DNA of 64,000 nucleotides from Syncephalis fuscata S228 (taxonomy: Eukaryota > Fungi > Zoopagomycota), in assembly GCA_025786725.1 (NCBI GenBank), contig JAHLTZ010000026.1:186001-250000 (forward strand). Reading direction: 5' to 3'. Each line of letters begins with the position of its first letter. Within the stretch, counting starts at the first letter, position 1. Below the pieces are notes generated by a model. That model ran no database searches, was not told the origin of the DNA, and worked only from the letters and a program-made list of their open reading frames with translations. Both the position numbers and the translations under genes were made by a program. Of this stretch, positions 1-12,928 are shown piece by piece.

Positions 1-10
1 ATATAGTTAT

Positions 11-102
11 GTTGCGTATAATAGCGACATGACTTCAATTTAAACGAATTTTTTGCTTTAGGGGCGCAAAACTCGGGAGTCAAAATAAAGTTCAACCCAG
101 TT
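11..102 (+). repeat. ~90 bp diverged dispersed repeat; inverted copy at 46144-46224
   Basis: Shared blocks atgactt-aatt..aacgaa-ttt..gggagtcaaa..aagttca..ccagtt in both locations. Confidence 0.55.
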
Positions 103-354
103 TTCAATAAGTGTTAAACATTCATTGCTTTTAGCATGATTATACATTAATCATCATTTTATAACTAAATATCAATAATAAACTCTTGTTTATATGGCTG
201 TTAGTATAATAATAATAATTTTATTATTGGTGCTTTTACTATTGCTGTAAAGTACGTAAGTTAATAGTGACACATAACAAATAAAGAATATGAGTAGTCC
301 TGCAACTTATATTCTTTGATATAGGCTATTTAACTAAAGAATTAATTATAAAGT

Positions 355-966
355 TTATGGAATACGAAATCCAATCTTTAGTTTTGAAAAGAGCTGTGGG
401 CCATAAGTGGGACTTTGATGGCAAGGTATGATGTAGAATTGAGTACTATCGTCATTGCCTGAAAGACAGTAATCAGTCGCCAGATTACGAAGCCAGCACC
501 GTTTATAATCATTACAGCCAAGACGCCACATTTGTTTACTATCAACTCGACTTGAGTCGGCCGGGCATCGATTTACTTTTACTGGACTATGGGATACCAT
601 GGCTTCAATACCCAAGCAAAGGTCTTCGCCAATACGGATAGGCTGATAACCTTGTGTAAAATTGCCATCAAACTTCCAAGTTTGGCCGGGACGCCAGTAA
701 TTCTTTGCACATTCATCAGCCACGACTGAATAGTTGGCACCAAGTCCTTCAGCGTATAAACAACGGGTGCTATTAGTGTTGCCTGTATAGCCAGAGGCCG
801 AGTATTTTGGCGGAGGCAGTTGGCATTTAACATCCGGAAAATTAAGAAGAAATGGCTCTATTCCTGCTTCTGTGGCCGGCACAGAAGTCAGTACAAGTAA
901 AACCAGTCCTACAAATAATAGAGATAGCTTTACAGCTAAAGAGCTTGTTGTAAAACGACTAAACAT
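355..966 (-). CDS. Secreted ricin-B (beta-trefoil) lectin-like protein, 203 aa, intronless
   Basis: Hydrophobic signal peptide (LSLLFVGLVLLVLTSVPATEA) followed by three Cys/QxW-type repeats (CL...C..GQTWKF; CL...C..KQMWRL; CL...C..PQLF). Confidence 0.75.
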   Translation of the reverse strand: MFSRFTTSSLAVKLSLLFVGLVLLVLTSVPATEAGIEPFLLNFPDVKCQLPPPKYSASGYTGNTNSTRCLYAEGLGANYSVVADECAKNYWRPGQTWKFDGNFTQGYQPIRIGEDLCLGIEAMVSHSPVKVNRCPADSSRVDSKQMWRLGCNDYKRCWLRNLATDYCLSGNDDSTQFYIIPCHQSPTYGPQLFSKLKIGFRIP

Positions 967-1756
967 GATTAATTATAAACAGACAATGGAGAGGGATTTA
1001 ACTGTAATAAATTAATGGTATTAGAGGCGTGGCTGGGTGGATGTTTATATAAATGATTGTCCTATCGTTTGTATGAGTATAATGGTAACGAGCAAGCGTG
1101 GACTATTAGGTATAACAAACAATTAAGAACAAAGAGATAAGTGACGACAGGCGAGTAAAGGCAAATAGCCGACAATGGATATTAGTTGGTTAATTGGTTG
1201 GCTTTAACACATACACGGATGTGCAATACACTATAGTTACTGAACTAGCAGCACTAACCAGAGTAATCGAAATAATAGAGGATTGCTAAAACAAGGAAGA
1301 TGAAGAAAAAAGAATGAAGAAAGAAGACAGCATCAATAAATATGGAACTAAATGGAATGGCAACGAGAGTGGCATGCGGTTACATTGACAAAGGAAACTA
1401 CACTCAAGGATTTACATACTGGTGACACGAGCAAACAGGAATATGGATCCAACTTGAATTGTATCATGTTAACATGTGACAATGTCTGAACAGCTTTTAC
1501 TATCAAAACCTGTTTTGTTTAAACTGGTATTAGTCACCATAGTTTATTAAATAAAAACAATAAAAAAACAAGAAATAAGATATGGCTATAGCTAAAGTAT
1601 TAGATTGTGGAATGTAATTACTGCAAATGCAAGGTGTTAAGTATTTGAGTAAAAACATTTTTAAATTAATTACAATTATTTAGTGTGAACAAAACTGGAT
1701 AATTTATAATTACCAAATATGGTAATGCCTATTATTAATAATAGTATTTCTATTAT

Positions 1757-3954
1757 TAGTATCATATTTAATAAACAATTAACATATAAAGCTGACTATT
1801 TTATTAATCAAATAAACAAATTGCTATTTTTCCTATTCATTTGTAAATGTTAATTGTAATACTTTATGCATAATAGCTATGATTGTGATGTGGCTCCAGT
1901 GTCTTTATATTTCTAACAGCTATTACCATTATAAAGTGTAGCATTTTCTATTTATAATATCTATGGCCACCTTAAGTGCTTTCAATGTAATTAAGTGCTA
2001 AAATTACTGAAATGTAAGTTAAAAGCAATAGCAATAGTTAAATTAATAAAGCGCCACTATAATTATTTATGATTTTACGTATAACAAAGCAATTTGTCTG
2101 ATATTTTGCACATGTATACACATAACGTATAAATAGCTATTGGCAAAGTATGTCGTGATTGTATTGTGTGATGGTATAGTTATCATGATGATACGCTAAT
2201 AAATGTATAAAATAGCAGTTTTTACCGTTTATGACATATATACTTCAAATACAGCAAAATGATTTTCAGATTCGAGTTCTCTATGCTTGGATGAATCGTT
2301 TGGTATAAAATATGGAACAATTGTTGCTGTTTGATATTCTAGACAGGATTTTGTGAAAGTGTGCTAAGATATGTACCATGTAATTGGATAACCAGTTAAA
2401 ATTGCATGTGATCGATTACAAGAATAATATATCTATCAAATATTAGTATCGATTACTAGTAACAAACGTCTATTACGGCAATATGACGAGTAGCTACTTG
2501 TTAGTTGTGAGCATATGAGCAGTCACCTAAACTAGCATGCTGCGTTAATGATGAAATACTACAAATACTCAAGTTCTATTATTAGTTATATTTACTATAT
2601 AATGATAGCTTTATTCAATATCAATATAAATTGCTAGTTGCTAATTTTATTTTATTTCTAGTTACTGTCATACATGCTATTCAGTCTACTATAATTAAAT
2701 CATAATAATAAATTATAAATATAAGCAGTTTATTATCAAACAATATTAAGCAGCCAGAACATAATAGAAAAGACCCAGGTAGATTGAAATACACGAAATC
2801 TATGTAGCAAATTGCTGTCCAGCTTGTTTTTATAGCTACTGCTTGTTTACTACTTCAATCATGCTAAACTACATTTTACAATGGCCATGTAATGCTATTA
2901 TTCAATAAACAAATAGGCAATATCAAGCAGTAGTAGGCAGCTGAAACGATTGAGTCATAACATATCGTTGTTTTATTTAAACAAATATTAATTATTGGTA
3001 AAACTTGTTATTTATCATATTCAGTTAGTAGCAGGCTGTCAAGTGGATGTAGATATTCAGGGTACATGTTCAAATACCGCACTTTCTTAGTCGATTTACT
3101 TGCCCTTAGTTTATGCCAATTGTATCTCCATGCTATCTCTTCATTATTATTATCTTTTTTAAAGACATAAGCAGTATATAACTACAAGTAGTGGAAATAA
3201 ATTGTTTATTGACAGTTGTACTAAAGAATCGACAAAAATTGCTTGTTGCTATTGCCAGTAATGCGAAAAGTGTCTTGAATTTAGCGCCAATAGTATTGCC
3301 AGAGACTTGAACCATCCGTACCTGTCATAAATGTATTTATACCTAATGGTTGCACTGTCAATATTCTACTTATGCCATGTGCTCATTATTGATATTATAT
3401 GGCTTCTAGCAAGTGATGGTTCAATTAGCGATATTCAGCTATAAACAAAAATTAGCGCTGCATTCAATTGTGGATTCCTAATTCCAAATAGTAATCATGA
3501 TGATAACACTACTGTTTTGATATCGTAGTCATGCTGTTGTGTTGAAGTAATTAAAATATATTATATGACTAAACAGCATATCATATATGAATAGCCGCAA
3601 GAGTGATATACTGAACATCAATACCGATTACCAATAGAGTAACCACTAAGATAATATAGGTAATAAACATTTGTTAAATGTGGATATGAACAGTCAAATA
3701 AAACGATACGCTGCATTTAAAACAAAAAAAATGCAATTTATTTAGATTCTATCATTAGCTATATTTTCTATAAAAGAATAGCTTTATTCAATACTAATAA
3801 AAAGAGCTATTTCTAATTTCATCTTATCTTTTTAGTGTCATTCAGTTATTCACTTTATTATAGCTAAATTGTAATAAATAGCAACTAACGAGAAATAAGA
3901 TTAGTATAAAAAACAATATCAATCAATTAATACATTGTATTCTAAAGGTTAAAA
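1757..3954 (-). mobile_element. 2.2 kb dispersed repeat, copy 1; probable decayed non-LTR (LINE-like) retrotransposon relic
   Basis: About 98% identical to 59931-62123. The minus strand shows collinear, stop/frameshift-broken RT-like motifs: LGINT..YDR..W..LWQ (~3345-3295), GIN*GQV..LNIYI (~3120-3045), SCLLLLDIA (~2945-2915), IYLGLF (~2785-2768), LY..LEY (~2600-2560). The repeat itself is certain; the LINE origin is a by-eye reading. Confidence 0.6.
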
Positions 3955-4133
3955 TAGCGCTTTTAGTAAATATCAGAAATTAATGTTATAGGATAACACA
4001 GGATAAAATGTTGCTTGGTATATAAGCCACGATCTTTAAACCAAATCTATAAAAATGATTATAATTGCAAGTTATATTTATTATAAGAAATAATAATATG
4101 ATAGTATTATAATATCAGGAATAGAAAAGATGA

Positions 4134-5531
4134 TTACTTGTTATTATTGCCAGTCGATACAAATGCATGTTGTAATAGTATACTAGCAGCAGGACGACTC
4201 TCCGTATCTCTGTTATTATATTGTTATTGTAATTAATACAAATAAACAATTAAATCATTATATTAATACACTTACAGGCTAAATGTATCTTTAAGGAAAT
4301 CTTGTGCATCTTCAGATATGTTACGCGGTATTTCTGGTGATTCATCCGATCCAATCTATATTAATAAGTAGATTACATAGACTATAAGAACTTATCCTGA
4401 TTAGTGTCCATATTACTTACTTTGAAGATTGCTTGCATCTGTGCTAGATTAGGGAATGGATGATCACCAGTAAACATTTCAACAACAAGACAGCCAAGAC
4501 TCCTATAAATAATGATAATGATGATGATGATGATGATGATGATTGTTGTTATTATTATTATTAGCTACTAAATCATTATATAGTTATTCATTGATGTAAC
4601 AAACCATATATCAGCCTTGGGTGTATAGTGTTGTTTTTTTACTACTTCCGGTGCCATCCTATGTATAAATGACATGTAGAATTATCAAAATGATAATTAA
4701 TTATTTCATAATTACATCTATCATATTACTTACCAGAAAACTGAGCCTTGTAATGAAGCACGATGAGTAGCGTTGGTGTTCATCATCTCACCTATTGTTA
4801 TTAGCATTAGCATTAGCATTATTAAAACAAAAAATATAATAAGTAATATAAATCAATCTATTTCAACCATAAACTTACTTTCATCTCGTTTAGAAACACC
4901 AAAATCGGATATTTTAATCACACCACGATTATCAACTAGAATATTACCGCCCTTAATATCTCTATGAATGATGCCTTGCCCATGTAAATAGTCAAGTCCC
5001 AATAGAATTTGTCGTAGATATGATTTAACCAATGGTTCTTGGAATGGACCATAGTTTATAAGCATTGAAGCAACCGAGCCACCTGGTACATATTCAAGGA
5101 AAATGTTCAAATGCTGTTCATCTCGATGCGATCCTAAATAAATAATACATTAATAAATCGATAATATATTAATTAATTGTCGCATCATTTACCTAGATAG
5201 CGCACAATGTTTTCATGATCAAGATCCTTAAGTAAATCAATTTCTCGCTGTAATGCCTTCAACTAATGATTGATTTCATTAATTTCTATATATTATTGCA
5301 GTTATTCGTATTAGCAACTTGCCATCATTTCTCGTCGTTCATCTGATCCAGAACTATTTGGTAATTCCACTTGTTTTGCTGCCAATAGTTCACCAGTTAA
5401 TGGATTCAATCCCAAATAGACATGACCGAATGATCCTGTGCCAATCATTGAACCTTTAATCCATTGTGTAATGCCTTCTTCCTCTATTAATATTGTCATT
5501 ATTATTATCAATATTAGTTACTAATTAATTA

Positions 5532-5569
<38 letters not shown>

Positions 5570-6969
5570 ATAAGCTAATGACTTACTCTTTTGTTCTTCA
5601 ATGGCCATCACTTCTTGATTCATAAGCATTTCAGTAAATGTTTCCATCTCTTCTTCGTCTAGCTTCTCATCGACCATATCTTTAATATCCTCACGCGTTA
5701 AGCGTTTATCGGCCACAGTAGCCTCAGGCACGGGAATAAGTGCTGGCTTTGCCGTAGGTACAAGTGTGGCCGCATCAAGTTCGGGCGACATGGGCAATGG
5801 TTCATTTGGCATAATGTTGGGTGGTCCAACTTTGGCCGCTCGTAACATAGTGACCCGTTTCGCCTTACGATAAATAGTATGCCGAATACGATTCTCGGTG
5901 ACTGTTTCGAGCAATTCTTGCTGTTGATCAGGAAAGAATTCCGATAGATTATTTGAAATCATTTCAGATGCAGGTCGTTCACCAAAGAATGAACTTGTAC
6001 GGCTTGGTGAAACGGCCGGTTCAGGCGCCAACTGTTTTTGTGGTGCAGGCTTTCGTTTACCACCATCTTGCATACCACGTTGTCGCGAATGTTTCACGCG
6101 TAATACCAAACGATTCTTCTCTGGCCGATCAGTACTTCGACAAATATCCATTAATTCGTTATCGTGCAACATACGTGCCACTTGTATAAAAGTCAATTAT
6201 TTAATTATTATACATTGACCGCACCTACCATTACTCTCGCCTGTAGGAACAAATAGACGATATTTGGTTGTATCATCAAGATCAGGGTCAATATGGAATT
6301 TATGCAATACTTTTGTAAGAACTGCTTGTGCACCCATGGCATCGGTAACATTAACAACACACGTCTGATTACCCGGACCTGTCACACGAATTAAATTCTA
6401 CATATTATAAATATTGGCTTGTAAGTATAATTACTAAAATGCCACTTACTTGCTTCAAACGATCTGCTCCCCCTTTATCATTTCCAAACACCATATCATC
6501 ATGGTTGTTTGATGAATAGATAAGTGTATCACCGGCCATTTCATCCTATACAAATTATTCATATTTATAAGTAATCTATTATTAGACTGCTTTCATTTAC
6601 TATATATCTATATCTATATCTATAATATAAACTACTTACCTGTAATGCACGGCGTGTAGCATTGACACACGCTTGACGTAACTTCTTCAAAGCTACCATA
6701 ATCTTTACGCGTTCACCTACAGTTGGCACGTCTAGTTCTTTCAACAGCGTGTTATCCAACTCTACTAGCACTTGGCCATTAACGTCATTCTCTATTATTA
6801 GATGTACAGTTAATTAGTACTCATTAGTAGAGATGTTACCTACGCGACTATGTGACCGCTGTTCCCTCAACTTACCGAGAAATGTATCAGCATAATGGCC
6901 GAACTGGTTCTCGGTTAACCAGGCCACCACCTGCTGTTCAGACCAATTGCGAATATCGTAGTTAAGCAT
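4134..6969 (-). CDS. STE11: STE11/Byr2-type MAP kinase kinase kinase (SAM + Ras-association + kinase domains), multi-exon
   Basis: N-terminal SAM ([23 protein letters not shown]), RA-like region, [21 protein letters not shown] motif, kinase motifs [62 protein letters not shown]. Includes a GC-AG intron at 5263-5322. Confidence 0.93.
5532..5570. repeat. Compound (TA)n(TG)n microsatellite in an STE11 intron
   Basis: Directly visible. Confidence 0.85.
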
Positions 6970-7334
6970 CCGTTCAAGTTCAAATTATTATTCAATAAAA
7001 CAATCTGTCAGTTGGATAGTCGAGTCAGTCGAGTCTTTGACAAGTATCAATAATCCAAAGTATAAGTCAATAGATTGGAATGACCAATGGCAATATAATG
7101 GGTGGGTGGTTAATGTGATAGCAACTAATGAAGATAACTGGGAAATCCTATTGACCAAATTGGCAAATATAAAGCGTGAATGGGTGAATGAGTGAGGAGA
7201 AGTAATAAAACGGAGTCTTAATATTAATTTCTCACTTATTGTACTATACGTTTAAATACTTTAATTTGATAACCATTATTTACTTATTATTAATAAAAAT
7301 AATAATAGGTGGATATATTTTTGTATTTATTTGT

Positions 7335-10271
7335 TTACATATCGCCTGCCCATTCCATACGGCCATGTTCATCAAATCGGCATAATAGCCAGTGGATTAG
7401 TAGGGGTACGCTTTCACTGGCTCTTATTACTTGAGTCATTTTCTGTTCGTGACAGATAGCATCAAGCATGGCCGCTTGTTCGTCGTTCATACTGGTATGC
7501 ATATCACCGATGGCGGTTGGTGCAGCCGTGCTGAAATCGGCTAGACGCTTGACGGCGGGCAGGGCATTCTCGGCCGATACGCTTACCTCGAGACATATAT
7601 AATCAGCCATATTAGGCGGAAGGAATGAAAGAAGGAACGCATGCGGTGGATGATGTACGGCTACTTCAACTCTAATCGATTCTAATAACCAGTATTAATA
7701 TATATATATGTATATATATGTGTATATATGATATACCATTAAGGTGATCATTACTAATAACTTACCATCGATCCATAGTGGATGTTCTATTGGTATTTCA
7801 TCATCTAATTCACTTTCTTTAGCCGTAAATGGTCTACGGGTGACTGGATCAAGTACATGCGCCATTTCAGCTGAAAAACAACTTTTAAATAATGCATTAA
7901 ATACAAGTTGTTGTCTTATTAACTAATAACGTATTAATATGATGAATAGTAACATATTATAACTTACCCGTTCTATTTTAGCCCATTGATATAGATGTGA
8001 TACAGGTATACGCTGTAACCAAATACCAACGGTAGGAGGGCTTGATACAAGTGCATATTCATGCACTATACTTGATGCAGGTAATTTCTAATCATGTATT
8101 AGATCATTTCTTATTATAAAAACAACTACTTACTGTGCGGAAAGCCATTTGATCTGTAAAATATAACGGCTGTTGTTTTGACAATGGCTCATTTGTACTT
8201 TCACGCACCTGAAATAGATGTTATCAATCTATCAATAGTCTAATTTAAGCTTTCGACTTACTAATGCTTCATAGAATGAAAGTGAACTATCCAATGTATC
8301 TAACTGTGGCATTGTATTCTCCAAATCTATTACTTGTTAATTAACTAAACTACCACCTTAATACTACTACTTACTTGTGTTCAATCCAATAACTCGAGTA
8401 AGTTCTGCTGCCATTGTTGACGTAAGAACAACGCCCGGTGACAACCACGCCGTACACTGAATAGAAGCTGGTGTGTTAGGCACAATAAACTTTAATGGTG
8501 CATTTAATAATGCTGCCGAGTCTTCACTGACATACTGTGTTTCTCTATGTATGGATTAGTAGATTAATAATGATTCAGTGTAATTATAGCTATTACTTAC
8601 TCAGTGTCAGTATTTATTGTACTAAGGTCAGTATTAGATGCTTCTTTAGTAGGTGGTGCCAAATAAGTTGTTTGTTTCTTTGATAAAAAGTTATGAGAGG
8701 TCGAGGATAATTCGAGTTGTAAGTGGAAATAATGAAATGATTTTAATGAATCAATATCCGTGTCAATGTTATCATCTATCAATTAACCAATTAATATTAT
8801 TATATTATACTACGCATTAACTACTTACCTTCTGATACAGTAAGACACCGACTAACACGTTCCCAATCAGTGCCAACAAGTAGTGCACGAGGTGCCCAAT
8901 ATGCCACTGCCGGGCCTGGATGTACTCGATCACTTAAAGGTAAGCCGTGACCATAAAGAAGAACCGTTGATATGTCACCTGAACAAATAGACCTGTAATT
9001 TATAGGTTAGCTATTAATATACTTGTACTTGTATTGATATTATAGCTACATTTCTCGTTGAAATATGGTTGACATATCTTGTCGTATTACACGCATGCAA
9101 TGAAAGAAATCAACTTGATCATTCGATTTAGTGTAGCGATCAACTGCTGCTAACCAGGCTATTTGTTCTTCGAATGAGGCCAAATCACCGGATCTATATT
9201 GCACGTTATAAATTATTACAGCATAATTGTGCTACTATTCTTACTTTAAAGTACGTGTTAATAACTGGCCCAACTAATAAATACCATTGAATTATAGTTA
9301 CAAAATATCTATTTAATAGTTATTTATTTACTACTTACCAGTGAACAGTCGATAGTCGTAGCTGATGCTGGCGGATCTTCTGGTAGTGCGTAGGTCACTT
9401 TTGCTTCCATTTGATCAATACCTTTCAATTCCACCTAGATTCATTAATTAGTTGGTATAGTTTATAAATAGTCTACTAGCTAATACTTGCATCAATAACT
9501 ACTACAGCACCGGCTAACATGACAGTTGTATGTGGTTGTCCTTGTGTTGATTCGTCACAATAAGACTCCAACCTATATATATATGTTTATATATATGTTT
9601 ATATGAATATCATTCCATTACATTTAGATTAACATACTTACCCGTGTTGTTTTGCAATAGATTCAAGTTGCGCCACCATTCGTTTACGTCGAGATGCATC
9701 ATCTTGACACGCGTCAGTAATCTTTTTCTGGCAATGCTGTGTAATATCGCGTAGTCGACGTACATCTGCGTAAAGTGTTGCTTCTTCCTATATCACACAC
9801 ACATAATATATACTAGTTAGTTTGTTATTATAGCCAATAATTATTATAAACTTGCTTTTAATAAAGATGAAAAGGTGCGTAGTGATACACAGCCTGTTTG
9901 ACCAGCGGCCACTGCTTGTGGCAATGTAATATCGCGATAACCAATGAGTACGTCGCGTGCTTCGTCTAGACAACGCTTTAACGTTGTTGACAACGTGTCA
10001 AGACTGACAGGTCCCAATGGATGAATAGCTATTGCCACGATATAAATACTTATTAAATAAAGCATTAATAGCCATTGTGCTGCTTACCATTGGCGTAGAG
10101 ATGGCGACGACGAGGACGCGTGCTGTCTTCGACACATTGAGCAATATCTGCTAGTAAAGGTGTGGCTACTAGTGTCGTTGATGTCTCATCCATACCCCAA
10201 AGACTGGCAGCTTTGGCAAGCAAGCCTTCAGCCTCTTCAAGTATCGTATCAAGTGTCCGTACCTGAGCCAT
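7335..10271 (-). CDS. MED1: Mediator complex subunit 1 (Med1)-like, multi-exon
   Basis: Spliced reading gives TVMLAGAVVVIDVEL..AKVTYA, DLASFEEQIAWLAAVDR..DFFHCMRVIRQD, VLLYGHGLP..GPAVAYW, resembling the fungal Med1 domain. Two GC-AG introns (9788-9855, 9435-9490). Confidence 0.7.
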
Positions 10272-10611
10272 TATAGATACTAGCGATATTAAATGAATGT
10301 AACGAATAGTCAGCTAACTATACTACTATGTGAAGTGTAGTAGCAATAGCTTTTAATTATTTATTTATTTACTAATCAAAACTAGAATGAGTCTAAAACT
10401 GACAATATTATTTAATAGTTTGTAGACACTATTGTAAATACATTTACATATTTGATTATAATAACAGTAATAAAATAAAACAATAATAACAATAGGAATA
10501 ACACACAGTTTACACAGTTGAATACAAAGATCAATTTCATTCAATGAAACGACGGTACGCATGTTGTCGTCATACTATCTGCACTCTTGCGACAAGATAC
10601 AAAAGAAAGGC

Positions 10612-12231
10612 TTATTTGAAGACCTTGGCATCGGCGAATTCCTTGCCAGCGAATTTGCCCTCCCAGGCAAATACATCGGCCAATTCTTCGCGGAACTTCT
10701 CATCAGCCAAGTTTTCAACCTTGGTGAAGGTGTAGGACTCAAAATCGGCAGCGTCGGTAACTTCTTCTGGGATTTCCTGGCCACGGATGACAAAGAAACC
10801 TTCGATCTCGTTGGCGTTATCTTGACCCAAAACGCATAGAGAACCGAAAGCGTACTTGCGAGCACGTTCCAAACGGCAAAGAAGCCACCGATCAAGTTGG
10901 AGGACATGAAGACCTTGGTCAACTCGTCGTTGTACTTGTAGACAACACGCCAGATGCTGTAGCCCTCAGCATCAAAGTGCTCCCAGAACCAGTTCATGGC
11001 AGTTGGCTTGGTGTCGTTGTTAGAGTAGACACGCTTCCACTCTTCCAAGTTAAGGGAAGTGGGTGGCAATAGCTCCAACTTGGACTTTGGCTTCTTGGCT
11101 GGCTCTTCGGCTTCGGCGGCGGCTGGAGCAGCAGCTGGCTTAGGGGCCTCCTCCTTCTTGGGTGGAGTGTACTTGGTCTCGACGTCACAGAAAACAACTT
11201 CGCCCAAAGCAGCCTTGAATTCTGGCTGAGCATACAAGGTGCTAACATAACGGTTCAAGTTCTTGTAGGCGACACGGTGTTCTGGAGCCAACACCATCTT
11301 GTAGGCAATGAACAAGGTGCAGGCAACAACAATATCGGCCAGCGTGATGTGTTCACCAACAAGGAAGGTCTTCTTAAGAAGGACCTTGTCCAAAATAGCC
11401 ATAGCGCTCTTGGTATCCTGGACAGCCTTGTTGTGGGTAGCCTTGTTGAATGGAAGGAAGCCTAGGATTGGGTAGACCCAGTTGCCAATGGATTGGTCAA
11501 AGTTGTTGGAGGTGAAGAACAACCACTGGACAACTTGAGCGGTCTCTTCGGCGTTGGTGCCCAAAAGTCTGCCGTTACCTTGGCTGGCAACTAATCAAAG
11601 TAATCAACACATTAGTATATGTCGCTATTAAAATAACACAGTAAATGTTATTAAATAGAGCACCATCAAATACATATTTTCAGATCGAATAAAAGTCCAC
11701 ACGGATAGTTACCTCTCGGACAGGGATAACTGATTAAAATAGGTTCTCATCATGTATATATTTGATGATGCTCTTTAAAATGGCTCCTCCTCTATTGTTT
11801 CTAACTACTCACCATAGTAGGCAATGGCGTTGCTTTCGAAGAGGTTCACCTTGTCGTTCTCAAAGGCTGGGACTTGACCGGTAGGGAACTTGGCAAGGAA
11901 GTCTGGGGTCTTGTTGGTCTTGCCAAACTCAAATTCAGGCTGAGCGATCTCAACGCCATTGTACTGGGCAGCAATGAGTGCCTTGGCGACCCGTGGGTTT
12001 TGTGGGTACGAGTGGACGGTCTAATAGCATAGAACATAAAGGTAAAAGGTTAGTATGGCTGTAGACGTATGTATATATGAATCTATCTATCTATCCATCT
12101 ATCCATCCATCTATACATATATACATATACATATATCTGTTCATACATTCATTCATCCATCTGTTCATCAAGCTATTGCTCGACATATACTAGTATTCAT
12201 CCATGCAATAGACACTTACGCCGAAAGTCAT
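10612..12231 (-). CDS. TEF4: Translation elongation factor eEF1B-gamma (GST-N, GST-C and EF1G domains); 2 introns; one 1-nt frameshift at ~10876
   Basis: [56 protein letters not shown](A)[11 protein letters not shown]; strongly biased codons. The frameshift is gccgt where gcccgt is needed. Confidence 0.95.
11676..11757 (-). ncRNA. snR38: Intronic box C/D snoRNA, snR38 homologue (guide for LSU rRNA Gm, yeast 25S G2815 equivalent)
   Basis: In intron 2 of eEF1B-gamma: box C ATGATGA (11753-11747), guide CAGTTATCCCTGT complementary to LSU rRNA ACAGGGAUAACUG, D' CCGA (11719-11716), box D CTGA (11683-11680), flanked by a ~20 bp stem (11774-11755 with 11676-11657). Yeast snR38 lies in the TEF4 intron. 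Confidence 0.9.
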
Positions 12232-12928
12232 GTTGGAGTGTTCTGGCAAGATGGGAAATACAACAAAGAGAACAACGATGCCAGATGGGAGTGGGGGAGT
12301 ATGACGATTATATCACCACTCAAAATCTTACATTTCACATCATCTACCCATGATAATTTTTACACCTATTTATAACACCATATTAAACGCAATTCATAAA
12401 TTACAAATTGTGCATAAACAACTGAATAAATATTGCCATAATACTAGCCCCATTTAACAGTTAAATATATTAAATGTTACTACTATGCTGTTGTAATTCT
12501 GGCTTTAAAGGGTGTTGCCTATATGACCAAGCAACACCTTATCCTGACACTATCCTATGTTGTTAACCTTTAACGTTTACTAAACTTATTTAGCGCTCAA
12601 AATACAATGTATTGGTTGGTTAATATTGCCTTTGATATTATTCTTATACCTTATTGGCATTAACTATCATATTTTCAGCTATATTGATATAAATAAATTT
12701 TATGAAACTAAAACATTAGCTTTTTACTGGTAGTGATTTAAGGTATTATTTTATAGAGTATGGCTAATGATAGAAATCGGACACTTTTATTATTTGTTTT
12801 TAAACTAAATTATTGGTTTATTTAAACAAGCATATGCTTGCAATTAACAAGGCAATATATTAATACGATATGAATATGTGTCGGCTATTCAAATATTTAT
12901 TTTAAAAGCGTTCTATTTATTTAATAAA

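Noticed and set aside
1750-1765. Helitron interpretation of the 2.2 kb repeat (minus-strand end reads CTAA/CTAG followed by T)
   Set aside because: No subterminal GC-rich hairpin and no 5' TC after a host A; CTRR is common in AT-rich DNA.
3133-3315. 60-aa ORF present twice (also 61304-61486) as a duplicated small gene
   Set aside because: It lies inside the 2.2 kb repeat, has no recognisable domain or gene context, and overlaps RT-like remnants in other frames; conservation just reflects the repeat.
10575-10880. Programmed frameshift or alternative C-terminus in eEF1B-gamma
   Set aside because: No slippery heptamer; a single C loss in a homopolymer explains it, as in many other genes here.
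10544-11465. Antisense ORFs over eEF1B-gamma and similar shadow ORFs over other genes
   Set aside because: Expected by-products of biased codon usage on the coding strand.
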